From Schizosaccharomyces osmophilus (lineage: Eukaryota): a stretch of DNA of 64,000 nucleotides. The notes under the pieces are model-generated. The model ran no database searches. It saw only the letters and a program-made list of their open reading frames with translations, and was not told the origin of the DNA. Location: positions 1,054,001-1,118,000 of the forward strand of contig NC_079239.1 in NCBI RefSeq assembly GCF_027921745.1. Direction: 5' to 3'. Position numbers and translations under genes: made by a program. Positions 23,599 through 34,957 of this stretch are shown in pieces; within the stretch, counting starts at the first letter, position 1, and the number at the start of each line of letters is the position of its first letter.

Positions 23599-25170
23599 TT
23601 AAATTGCAATCATTAGTATTATTGAAAAAATAGCTGGAAACCCCAAAAGCATCCAGTAAGCTGTCTCTTTTCGGGAAGAACTATTTTGATCCTTCATCGT
23701 CCCTCTCATTGAAGATACGTTGTATGCAGGCAAACGCGTAGTTGCTACCGAGTCATTTAATATATCGGTTGTCCAATTTGTTCGTGTGTAAGTTGGGGGA
23801 AAATGAGATGTTTCAACTACTTCTGAGAGTTTCCTGCTTGTGGGTACCTGATTGCACATACTGGCCCCAGGAACATTTTCATTTAAAATCGCAGTGAAGT
23901 TTGTACTTATATTATAATAGGCTTGAGCAATGGAAATTGTTTTTGCCTTTTGATGAAACACGGTATATGCATTCCGAAAAAAAGCCAATCCTAATACAGC
24001 CTGTGGTGTTGATGTGGGGCGAATACCCAAAACGCAAATATCGTCGATTTTTTGTGTAACAAGCATTGAAGTCTTCATGAAAATCGTTGAGTTACAGCCA
24101 AACTGAAAGTTGACGCCGCTTTTATCGTCGATGCTGTTACAGGGAACTGCAAGGAAACCATATGCAATGAAACCTCCCATAAGATCAGTTAAAGCGTATG
24201 ATATGTCGTAAGGTAAGTACATAAATAGTTCTCGAGTTTGAAGGTACGCGTCTACCACTAGCGAGAAATTCGAGGAGAATGTAGAATTTATATATTGTAC
24301 GGAGTACAAGGTCATTGAATAATGACTGCTGCGTGTTTGCTTGTGTGTAACCAAAGGTCCCCTAAACTTTGTTACGTCTACAGCACCTAAAATCAGCGTC
24401 CCGTTTCCAGTTGCATCAAATGATAAACTGAAGGTCGGTGTACTTAAAATATCATTTTGTACCAACTGATTCAAAAACGTAGGCGGTTTAAAACTTGAGA
24501 TGGAATCCACAAAGTCAATACTATTAATTTCGGAAGGTGCAGCCAACCCTAAAACACCTTTGTATGGCAATAAAGAAGCTGGAACATACTCCTTCAATGT
24601 AATACCAAATTGAAAGTCATTAAGTTCATGATAATGACTGTATACTAAAGAGTCTTGAACATTAACTCCAGCAACCGTAATATTATCGTCGTATTTAACT
24701 AAATACGTCTTGGGATTATTCATAAAGGAAAAACTCAACGAAGAATTGCCTGTATAGCAGGAGTCAATCGCATCGGCATCGCAAAGGAAGTAACGAAGTT
24801 CGTCACTACCCCATTGAGAACCGTCAACTTCGATGCCTAAAAACTTTGGATTAAATGACAATACATTGTAATATGTAAGCCAAGTATAAGGCATGTCCAA
24901 ATCAACAGCCACAACATACGGAATTGCAGGCTGGCCTATAGATAATGTAGTAGTATAGTAGGCGTAACTCTGAAAGGTCAACGGAAAGGTGGATACATCG
25001 GAAACGAGAGCAGAATACCGTTTTTGTAAATGAGGATTTGGGGATGAGAAATCCACACTCCTTGGAACAACGTCCAAGGCAACAATGCCTTTGTCAACGT
25101 AGCGATAGGCAATCACAGACTTTATCCAGAGAAAAAAGAGAAAACTGATGATATTTTGAATTCGAAGCAT
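23599..25170 (-). CDS. yps1: Yapsin-like GPI-anchored aspartic-protease-fold protein with degenerate catalytic motifs
   Basis: Signal peptide, LQKR propeptide site, YYTTTLSIGQP, GVLGLA, GTLILGAVD, VLGLAFFRNAYTVF and a hydrophobic C-terminus. No intact DTG/DSG motif. Confidence 0.85.
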   Translation of the reverse strand: MLRIQNIISFLFFLWIKSVIAYRYVDKGIVALDVVPRSVDFSSPNPHLQKRYSALVSDVSTFPLTFQSYAYYTTTLSIGQPAIPYVVAVDLDMPYTWLTYYNVLSFNPKFLGIEVDGSQWGSDELRYFLCDADAIDSCYTGNSSLSFSFMNNPKTYLVKYDDNITVAGVNVQDSLVYSHYHELNDFQFGITLKEYVPASLLPYKGVLGLAAPSEINSIDFVDSISSFKPPTFLNQLVQNDILSTPTFSLSFDATGNGTLILGAVDVTKFRGPLVTHKQTRSSHYSMTLYSVQYINSTFSSNFSLVVDAYLQTRELFMYLPYDISYALTDLMGGFIAYGFLAVPCNSIDDKSGVNFQFGCNSTIFMKTSMLVTQKIDDICVLGIRPTSTPQAVLGLAFFRNAYTVFHQKAKTISIAQAYYNISTNFTAILNENVPGASMCNQVPTSRKLSEVVETSHFPPTYTRTNWTTDILNDSVATTRLPAYNVSSMRGTMKDQNSSSRKETAYWMLLGFPAIFSIILMIAI

Positions 25171-26115
25171 TTTTTTTAAATTAAAACGAAGATAAAAATC
25201 CGCCCAAAATATGATGATAAAAATTGATCAGTCTATATAATACACAGAAAGCTGGATTATCAAGAAAAAAGAAGGAAATGAAAGAGAGGTCTAAAAGTCA
25301 ATTGTCGTAGCATAAATCGGAAACAATTATATACAGGACAGAAGAGGAAATGGAATCGAATGGTCCTAGCAGCGCTAAATGCGAAACGAATTGGGCCTTA
25401 ATATTTCATTTGTTCACTGAAGACAAGGGCTGAAGACACGCAAATAGAACTTGACAAACTATTAAGTCAAGAAGTAACTCTTTTGGATATAACGGAAACA
25501 AGCCTTTTGAGCTTTGAATCACTATAGTCTAATAATGCAATTATACGCACAAATAAACTGGCGGCTTAAATAAAAAAAAAGATAAAAAAATGCAAAAAAT
25601 AAGTAAGTTAAGAAAATCCAAATTGGTAGCACCTGCTACTCTGTTTAAACAAAATGATCCTTGCTAGAAGCTCCCTGAGGTTATATGAAACCTGAAGACA
25701 ATAGCTCAAAATAGGTGCAAATGAATGCTGAAGATAGGTGTAAATCTCCCAAAATTGAGATTTCGCTTAAACTTTCGTATTACTGACGGCTTTCTATTAA
25801 CGTTTTCACGGTAATTATGGTGCAAATTAATACCTCCAATTAATTATGATTATTAACCATTCAAAGTAAATATCTTACACTCATTCAAATCAGCAGGGCT
25901 TCTCACATTCAACTGAATTGGTGAAAGGTAGGTTAAATCGTTGAGGACCTAAGTTTGACCACCACCAGGGTAGAGAATTCAATCTTCCAACATCGTGAAG
26001 AGGCTCACAATCATTTGATAACCCAAGATCCGTAATTATTTTTTTTTACTATTTATTTCAGCATCGAGTGATCTTTGCTTTTGTGTCTTGCATGAAAAAT
26101 TTTTCATAGGATGAT

Positions 26116-29100
26116 ATGGAAGGGGTACGTTGGTTATTGAGGGTTTCCTTCATAAAATTTAATTCATTAATGAGTCTAAATTAACACGTAATAGAAGTCT
26201 GTCGAGCCTGACGCTTCATTAAACGGAAAATCGCAAGATTCTATTCCAAGGCAGAATACTCCCAATGGGGAGAGAATGGAAAACATTGATTCTTTTATTA
26301 AGAGTGAAGAGGAACTTGATTATGAAATTAAGTTGAATGGCACCGCGCGTGCATTGCACCGAAAATATAGAAAACTTTTACTACTCCTGTGGTTGAATAC
26401 TAAATTTCCGGATGGTTTAGGCCGGATTTTAACTAGTCATGAAATACAATCTGATTATCTTGAAGAATGGAATGAATTTTGTGAAAGAAATCCTCTAGTC
26501 AGGTATGTTGATACATTGATTGCCGAAGTGCTTGTTTAAGAATAATCTTTTAGGCAAGTTTTTGAAGGCGAATGGAATTTATTGACAGCCTATTTAGTAA
26601 ATCATCCTTGGATTTATCCATACTTGAGTCGATTCAACCGGTGCAGATGGAACAGGTTTCACCTTTAGTTTCCCCTACTGTTCCTTCAGAAACGGTAACC
26701 AAACCACCTGATGAAAATCTACAGAACAATGAAAACGAAGACCTAGACGAACCAAAGAGCCCTAGAACTGACGTACCCCAAGTATTTAAAGAGGAATCTA
26801 TCCAACCGGCATTACCTGAAAAAGACGCGGTTCACCAGCAAGAAGAAGTAATAGATCATGATACTCAGGAACCTATAACAGAAGAAAGGGCCGTCAGTGA
26901 GAAATTAAATGAACAGGGACCTTCACCTTTACAGGCGGAAAGACCTCAAACCCCCGACAGCGAGTATGCTGTCCTGCAGCTTGCTAAGGTCCAGAAAAAT
27001 GACGAGCAACAGGATATAGGTGCTAATGATGAAGACTTTACAGAAAGAATCCAATTAAAACCCGAAAGTTCAGTGACCGATGGATCCCAAAGTGCCGGGG
27101 CCCAAGATGTAGAAACTATGACTCAAGCAGTCATTCCCAAATCCCCGACTGAACCCCAACATGAGGTGTCCCTGGATAAAGTTGATGAGATTGCTCGTAA
27201 AGAAAATGATGCAGAGATAGCGACGCATGTTGTTGAAGAGACGGCTACAACGTCTGCTATTGCGAAGTATGGAAATTCTGAAGCCGTATCAGCAGGTCAG
27301 CAAGTACAACAGGATGACTTATCGGTTCCTTCCAATTTTAACGATCAACACAGACATTTGGCGCTAAGTCCGATACCTAATACGGACGAACCTTCTGTCG
27401 AGGGTGCCCCAATAAGCAAACCTCAAAAACTGACTGGAAGTGTTGATACGTTCCCAGAGATTTTCACTTCCTCGAGACCTCTATTTCATTTATCATTTTC
27501 TCTTCCATTGTCACTATTACCTCCTTCAGAACTTTCTGTTCAAAGGAAGGCTGAAGATACTCTAGATGCTTGGCTACTTCGTACGGAAATGATACCTTTG
27601 CAAAATGATCTTGAAAACGCTTACAAATATGTTTCTACTAACAACTGGATGCATGCTTATAAAGAAAAAATAGTAAGGGAGTCTATCCGCAGTGTGTTCA
27701 TTGCCAAAGAAAAAGGATCATGGTCGTTTCGCCAGCCGAAACGACAAAAAGAGATGATTCCAACAAAAACGCACTACGACTATTTGCTTGATGAAATGCA
27801 GTGGATGTCTATTGACTTTTCTCAGGAAAGACGATGGAAAATTGCCTTGGCAAAGCGAATAGTTGATTCCGTCATGAACTACCATAATACGTCTGATAAA
27901 AGTACTGTGTGCACACCGGCTTCTTTATCTAAGAACAAAAAGCCATTGTCATACAATGGAAGTAGTAAAAACAGTACTTTTTCAAACTCCCCTTCTCCTG
28001 ATTTCGCAAAGACTAAGCTGGATCAGTATGATGCCTTACAGATGTCGTCTCCCCCACGAAATAGAGAGTTTTGTAGCACTATTTTTTCAGAAGATGTTGT
28101 TGCCATTACTGATGTTAAAGAATCTCATAAGCCGATCTTGAATGTTCCGACCTATGATCCGCCTGATACTACTGAAAATCAATTGCGCGCTTCAGGAATT
28201 ACATATCCAATAGTCCCAATTTCCAGGTTTGCTTTAGCTAAAACAAAACTCAAATCAAGCTGTATACATACTGAACGGAAAAGGTTATTTAGTGAACGTG
28301 ATACTATTTCTCAACAATCTGGAGAAACAATCACGAAGGATAAAGCCAATAAAGATACTGACGTAACTTCCGAATTTCCAGAAGGAAACACAAAAAAGAA
28401 ACGAGCATTTGCACCATTCACCGTACGTCCTCCATATCCTCCTTTGGCAACGGAGAACACACCCGAGGTTACTTGGTTGCCTGAAGAGGACGAACTACTT
28501 CTTTTACTGTTGAGACAATATTCTTTCAATTGGGAATTTGTAGCAAACCGACTAACACCGTCTGGGTTATACGTGCCTAAAACAGAACGAAGAACTGCTT
28601 GGGATTGCTTTGAAAGGTGGATTCAAGTTGATCCTCAAGCTGCAAATGTTCAATTTACAGGATCTCATGCAAGATTGGCTCAACAAAAGCTAGAAGAATC
28701 GTTACAGAAATCACAGCAATCAATGCCAAACTTGCGTGTACGTGACTTTAATACTCCTAAACCTGACGCGCTGAATCAAAACTCTTATTTTGTGTTGCCA
28801 ACAATTTTTCGCCAATACCGCCCCGTTGCTATATTTGAAGCTATAAAAAAGACACTTAAGCAACGAGAGTTTACTCAAAAAACTGCGATCAAGCGACAAA
28901 CTGCTAATGTACCTACTCCGTCTGAACGACTACCTCCTGTACCTTCTCCAATTGAGCTATCCAGATTGAAATTTGAGCGTGAAGCACAGATTCAGCAACT
29001 ACAATCGCAAAGAAATGCAAACTTGTATATGCAACATCAAAATCAGACGAAGATGAGGCCGACAACTTCCATAGCTGGAACGCCTCAAAATCATTTGGCA

Positions 29101-29259
29101 GCATATCAAGCAGGGGTTTCTCAGAATTCTAGCGCCACGTCCTCAACTGGTAATTCTCCAGTTCTTTCAAGAGCTGTTCCTCGATTGCAGAATCGATTGG
29201 ATTATCCAAATTCTCCAAGGTTGGCAGCGGAGCAGATTCAGCAGTTTCAACAAAGATAG
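26116..29259 (+). CDS. vid21: NuA4 scaffold Vid21/Eaf1 (HSA and SANT/Myb domains); 5' introns 26125-26194, 26503-26553 and probably 26597-26646
   Basis: WSFRQPKRQ, THYDYLLDEMQWMSIDFSQERRWK (HSA), WLPEEDELL...NWEFVA...RTAWDCFERW (SANT). The 5' splice model is inferred by hand. Confidence 0.9.
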
Positions 29260-29540
29260 ACCAGACCTTATATGACTTTGCTATGATAAATTGTATATTA
29301 CTTAAACAAAATGTAATGGTTAATTTTTTTGAATAAATTGAATGGATTCAAGTCCTTTGCGTTTCATAAAAGCAATTAATAGGGCTTTCTCTGGTGCTTT
29401 TGTGCATGGTAATTTTATTGACAAAATCATTATTTTAAAGATAATAAAATATACGTTGGATCAAAAGAAAAGAGAAAAGGAGATGGGATATGCTTTTAAT
29501 TAGGACATTCACGTACAGCCAATTGTCCAAAAGAATTCCT

Positions 29541-30034
29541 CTAATGAATATGTTTAATTTTCTGAAGAATTGAAACAGCAGTTGGCAGTACACGACTCCA
29601 ACCCAAAGTTCCTACAGGACTAGTGCTGTAAGTTCGTCTTTGAAGGCGGTTTAGCTTCTTTGCGGTTTTTGCGTTCGTCCTTGTATTTTGACCATGCACC
29701 GGCAATCTGTTATTTATTAGTCTCAACAAAACCTAAGGAAGCGTAATACTCACCCAGCAGCATGTCGCAAACCTCGATAAGAGCGAATAGTATAGAATCG
29801 AGAAATATTAGCATCTCTTTGTCGCTTCAAGTCTCCTTCAATGGTCATATTGGATAGCAATTGTGAGAGACCAGTCAGTTGACCATCCGTAAGCTCTTTC
29901 ACTTTCAAAGTATCGTGAAACGAAAGCTTGGCACAAATGTTGTCTGCAACGGCTCTTCCAATTCCGTAGAAACCTAACAGAGCATACTTTACAGGCCGCT
30001 CATCTTTGATAGGCACACCTAAAATATAAACCAT
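29541..30034 (-). CDS. sws2: Mitochondrial ribosomal protein uS13m; intron 29753-29707
   Basis: YGIGR, SYRGLRHAAG|LPVHGQNTRTNAKT S13 signature. Confidence 0.92.
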
Positions 30035-31534
30035 GGCGGACTATTTCAGAAAAAGACAAATTCACGCAATTGACGACGTTCTCAGATAATTCAGTAAAAA
30101 CAAAAAGATATTTTTTTTAGAGACTAATTATAAGAGCTAAAAGCTGACAAAGGGGGGTATTTCCTGGAAACCCGGAATTCTTGAGGATACGGAGAGGCCA
30201 CGATTGAACCAACAAACCTGAGAAATGAAAGTCGTAAAGAAAGGAACCGTATTAGAGTTTATTTTGTAATATTTAATCTCTTTAAAAGGAATGTCATACA
30301 ATTAACGTTAAATTAACTTATTCTTTTTTTTTCGAAGGATCAACTCCATACAGAGATTCGAGCTTCGTACACACTCTTGAAGAAGATTCCAAAGATCGAT
30401 TCAAGTAAAAGAAAGTCATCTTTAGTTGAATTTGGTGTTATCGAAAACTACTGTTGTTGACAAGCAAAGTAGGTTATCCCTGTGTTTACTTTTGTTAGTG
30501 AACATTTTCCTTACTTAACGGGAATGTTTAACAATCACTTCGTACTGAATATGCTTGCACATGTTTGCTGCTGAGGTTTGACATTTACAGAAACGTGTGC
30601 AAGCCTTCAAAGCGAAATTTAAACATTTGTTTTCGAAACAGGAATTTGCTTGATAAGTGATGAACAAAAGGGTAAGAGAACGGAAAGATTGGGTATGAAG
30701 CACAATGTGCACTTTGATTTCCTAAAGTGTATGCTATACTCTACGAATGCCGAACTGTGGTATTAGAATGCCCATGGACAGATATGTTATACAAGATGAT
30801 TGCCGTGTTGGAATTTTCATAAATGGAGATGTTCTTAATCAAGGACTATTATCTGTAACAACAAAAGGAAAGGAAATACAGAAGAAAAAGCAGTTATTGC
30901 TATAAATGCACTGTGAGTGGTCTTTCGTATCTTTTCTTTACTTTAGAATTGCAAGTCAAAGCAGTATGCTTTCTTCAAATTTGAAATGAATGAATGAATA
31001 TATCCATATGCGTGATAATAAAGGAAGGATTGCTGTAGACCAAGCGGATTCCTAGGCCAAGTACAATGCCGAAGATGGAGATCAATAACTTCCAGTTCAA
31101 GTGACATTTAGCTCGTGTCTTCGATTTGCCTGGAAGGAGCTAGTTCGCTCCTCTAAGGGTGTAGACTTTTATTTGAAGATTTACCATCTCGCAGGAAAGC
31201 TTTTGAGATTTGAGCCAAGGCCCATAAGCTTCTTGGCACTTTGGAGATTGAAACCAGAAAATAAATGGAAATATTTATTTATATTAGGGTGCAATGGAGG
31301 GGTACTGTTGGACCACACTCAAACATTATTACATGCAATTTCGAGTCAGAAATAAAAATTAAATTAGTTGAGTATTTATTTAAATAAATTATCGATAATT
31401 AACTTATAAATAACGATTAATTAAAAAGTATTAGGTTTCTTAAAGGAACCATGGAACCTAAAGTATGGGCAGTTTCACATCGTAGAGGAGGATTTCGAAA
31501 TCACGGGCTAAAGAATTCGAATCTCGAAATTGCA

Positions 31535-32374
31535 TTAATTAAAGTGAGAACTAATGTTGGTCTGTGCGATAGTAGAGTTGAAGGGAACATTCATGACATA
31601 GAATTCCAAGAAATGATGATAATCTTCCTTGTCTTTCTCGGTCTTTAAAACAGGTTCCTCAGTTTCATTGCTTTCCCGTTTTTTCAAGTCAGGTCTGTCG
31701 GGGTTTTGAAAGCTCCACCAGTTCTTGTAGACACGCTCAAAATCTTCATAGGTCTTGGCGGGAAGTTCAGGGACATCGCGCTTCTTCAAGTCAGGTCTGT
31801 CGGGGTTTTGAAAGCTCCACCAGTTCTTGTAGACACGCTCAAAATCTTCATAGGTCTTGGCGGGAAGTTCAGGAACGTCGCGTTTCTTCAAGTCAGGTCT
31901 GTCAGGGTTTTGGAAGCTCCACCAGTTCTTGTAGACACGTTCAAAATCTTCATAAGTCTTGGCGGGAAGTTCAGGGACATCACGCTTCTTCAAGTCAGGT
32001 CTGTCGGGGTTTTGAAAGCTCCACCAGTTCTTGTAGACACGCTCAAAATCTTCATAGGTCTTGGCGGGAAGTTCAGGGACATCGCGTTTCTTCAAGTCAG
32101 GTCTGTCGGGGTTTTGAAAGCTCCACCAGTTCTTGTAGACGCGTTCAAAATCCTCATAGGTCTTGGCGGAAAGTTCAGGGACATCACGCTTCTTCAAGTC
32201 AGGTCTGTCGGGGTTTTGGAAGCTCCACCAGTTCTTGTAGACACGTTCAAAATCTTCATAAGTCTTGGCGGGCAATTGCTCCACATATGAAGCGGCAGAA
32301 CCTTCAATGGGAGCGGGAATAGGAGCAGCAGAGGCAAGGGCAAAAAGAAAAGCGACAAGAGAAAAGAGTTTCAT
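31535..32374 (-). CDS. map2: P-factor mating pheromone precursor with six identical 23-aa pheromone copies
   Basis: Signal peptide, then 6 x TYEDFERVYKNWWSFQNPDRPDL separated by KKR plus X-P/X-A dipeptide spacers. Three N-glycosylation sequons in the C-tail. Confidence 0.97.
   Translation of the reverse strand: MKLFSLVAFLFALASAAPIPAPIEGSAASYVEQLPAKTYEDFERVYKNWWSFQNPDRPDLKKRDVPELSAKTYEDFERVYKNWWSFQNPDRPDLKKRDVPELPAKTYEDFERVYKNWWSFQNPDRPDLKKRDVPELPAKTYEDFERVYKNWWSFQNPDRPDLKKRDVPELPAKTYEDFERVYKNWWSFQNPDRPDLKKRDVPELPAKTYEDFERVYKNWWSFQNPDRPDLKKRESNETEEPVLKTEKDKEDYHHFLEFYVMNVPFNSTIAQTNISSHFN
31678..32272 (-). repeat. 102-bp tandem repeat (about 6 units) encoding the P-factor units
   Basis: Direct inspection shows period 102 nt; differences are synonymous except one P/S change in a spacer. 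Confidence 0.95.
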
Positions 32375-32610
32375 ATCGATAAAGAAAGGTATGGAAATTA
32401 AGAGTCGATAAAAAATAATAATAAAATAGGTGATCTTAAAGCAAAAAAGAAAAGAGAGCGATATTCAAAAAATAAACTGTCGTAAAGAGCGTTTAAAAGG
32501 TCCAAAAGTTGTTCAACTTGTCGAAAAGCGAATTTGCAAAAAAGAAGCAAGTTGGAAAGCGAAAGAGAAGACTTGAGTGTGTTCTGGTTAATTACAACCC
32601 ATTGAGCCCT

Positions 32611-33000
32611 TTATATATACCACAAGATCCATGAGTTTCCTTTCTGGGTTGATTATGGAATTACCAATTTCTTTGTTTACATGGAATCCCGTTTGGTGTT
32701 TTAATGGGGTATACCATGAACGACGAAAATTGGCTGAAGAAAGGCACGTTCTTTGGAAGCGAAGCCCAAAATTGCGGGGATGGAGACGTTATAGCGAACC
32801 ATTTGGTTCAGAGAAGGAATGATATAAGACAAAAACAACTCATTCATTTGATTGGTTCGGTTCGGTAGAGATAATAAGAACAATAGAACTTTCTCTATTG
32901 AATCAGCAAGTTAAGATAATTGGGAAAGCCAATCAGAAATTGATCGCCCCAACCACCCAAAGATCTGTTAAGGCATTTAATGAAAACGAAAACAAAGAAT
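32611..33000. promoter_or_regulatory. map2 promoter: TATA box and Ste11 TR-boxes
   Basis: TATA 32611-32619, TTTCTTTGTT 32668-32677, reverse TR-box AACAAAGAA 32991-32999, and AACAATAGAA HMG-type site at about 32879-32888. Confidence 0.7.
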
Positions 33001-33167
33001 TTGGTGAAAAAGAGGAGCGTGTTTTACTTTAGTAGCATAATGGACGTCTATAGTGTCGTGTTTTTCTTTTTCTTTTTTCGCTCCATCTCGCGTTTCCGTT
33101 AGTTTATGGTCCCCGCATGCGCAAAGCGGTGAAATTTTCTTGACTGGGGAAGGTGTTTCCAGAATGA

Positions 33168-33307
33168 TATGCAAATCGGCGACGATTCCATCAGCGTTCA
33201 TCTCCAGTTACCATTATTACGATTGACCGACCATTTCTTATCAAAACCACGGGAGTAAACAAAACAAGTGGAGATGAGTGCTGATGGGATCGTCGCCGAT
33301 TTGCGTA
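33168..33307 (+). repeat. 39-bp inverted repeat with 62-nt spacer (perfect RNA stem on + strand when G-U is allowed)
   Basis: Arm 33168-33206 pairs with 33269-33307: 35 Watson-Crick and 4 G-T pairs, no other mismatches. Confidence 0.9.
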
Positions 33308-33788
33308 CCAAACACACACTCAAGAATCGGTTTGGTTCACACCAGAGGGAGCACTGAAGAAACTCGAATTGAGCAGAATCCTTTCGAAATTTCTTGCTTA
33401 GCGAGCGCAATCCTCTCTCCTGTAATGCTTCAGAAAGAAGAATTACTCTATTTTTTAAGCTACAATTGGGAACCTTTTTTTTTTTTTTTTTTTTTATTTT
33501 CTCCTTCCCATAAAGCCCTCTTTCTCTTTCTCTTTCTCTCTAGATGTGAGCGAGGGGACCGAGTACCCGGGATATCCGAGCATGGCCCTCGGTTTTCCCG
33601 ATGAGGATGGCATGTTGGAACTACCATATACCAAAGAGCCACAGCTTGCAAACGGCGTACCTTAAAACGACAAGCCGTAGACGGAATTTTGGCCTTTGGT
33701 CTGTAGTCTTGCCTAAGTCTGCGTATATATAATTGAATTTGTTACTTTTGTGGGATCCTTTTCTCTCTTTCCAACGAATCTAGAAAAC

Positions 33789-34027
33789 GTAAGTTCTCTT
33801 CGTGACAAGACACTCGCTGAGCAGTATTGTTGGAAACGCTCCCATGTAGCAAGCAACCTATACAACGCGGTGCATTTTTCACTAGTTTTCGTTTGGTCTC
33901 ATGTGGATGTCAGATTGTCCAACATAGACGACGACGTTGCCCTTGGGTTGCTTCACGTCAACTTTTTTGATTTGCTTTCAAACTTGTTTTGTGCGTCTCT
34001 GTGTACTTTTGCTAATTACTGCTCCAG
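33789..34027 (+). other. Probable 5'-UTR intron of ura6 (239 nt)
   Basis: GTAAGT 33789, CTAAT about 34012, CAG 34025-34027. It lies between TATA 33724-33732 and ATG 34049, with no ATG in the upstream exon. Confidence 0.7.
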
Positions 34028-34048
34028 AAAGCATTCTCTCGTATCATC

Positions 34049-34621
34049 ATGTATAAAGTTATTTTTGTTTTGGGCGGCCCTGGAGCCGGTAAGGGAACCC
34101 AATGTGACCGCCTGACGACAAAGCTTAACTGTGCTCACATCTCCGCTGGTGATTGCCTTCGAGAAGAACAAGCCCGTCCCGATAGCAGCGATGGCAAACT
34201 CATCAAAGAATACATTACAGAGGGCAAAATCGTCCCCATGGAAATTACCTTGCGTCTCTTGGATGCTAAGATGAAGTCTTACAGCCTTCAGGGCATCAAC
34301 ACCTTTTTGATTGATGGATTTCCACGTAAAATGGACCAATTTGAAGGTTTCGAAAACACCATCTGCCCTGCTGCTGTTGCTCTTTTCTTCTACTGTGGTC
34401 AAGAAGTTATGTTGAGTCGTTTAATAAATCGCGGAAAGACCAGTGGTCGAGATGACGATAACACCGACTCCATCAAGAAACGTTTCATTACTTTTACCGA
34501 AACTTCCATGCCTGTTGTCAATGCTTTGAAAAACGACAGTCGCTGTATCACCATCAACGCCGAGCAAGACCCCGATACTGTCTTTCAAAATACGGTCGAT
34601 GCTTTACAACCCTATCTATAG
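34049..34621 (+). CDS. ura6: Uridylate (UMP/CMP) kinase
   Basis: VIFVLGGPGAGKGTQC, HISAGDCLR, FLIDGFPR and GRDDDN motifs. Confidence 0.96.
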   Translation: MYKVIFVLGGPGAGKGTQCDRLTTKLNCAHISAGDCLREEQARPDSSDGKLIKEYITEGKIVPMEITLRLLDAKMKSYSLQGINTFLIDGFPRKMDQFEGFENTICPAAVALFFYCGQEVMLSRLINRGKTSGRDDDNTDSIKKRFITFTETSMPVVNALKNDSRCITINAEQDPDTVFQNTVDALQPYL

Positions 34622-34957
34622 TTGCCTAAAACATCTTTCATTTTAGACTGCCCTACCCAACAGAATGTCCTAACGTACACGTAGACACTCGTAGATGTAC
34701 CCAACGCAGGACCCCAGACTCCAATCATTCTTTCGCTTTTGCCTGCTCTACCACCTCGCACTACCGCTATCAATCGACATATGTACAGTCCATGCCACAC
34801 TCAACATCGACGACTACACCATTATATACTCCAGTCAGAAATTTTTCGATCATAAAAAGTTCAAACTCAGCAATGAATTCAAAACATTGTATTCTTTCTA
34901 TCCAAACATTTCTTATTACACACCTATCAACTATTGTTCGACCCATAGAAATGAATC

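Noticed and set aside
30225..30462. Possible two-exon 48-aa peptide (MKVVKKGT|DQLHTEIR...) divergent from sws2
   Set aside because: Weak GTATTA donor, no motif, and no independent support.
31706..32290. 194-aa repetitive + strand ORF; CRISPR-like periodicity
   Set aside because: It is simply the antisense of the map2 coding repeat. The units are identical with no unique spacers, and the context is eukaryotic.
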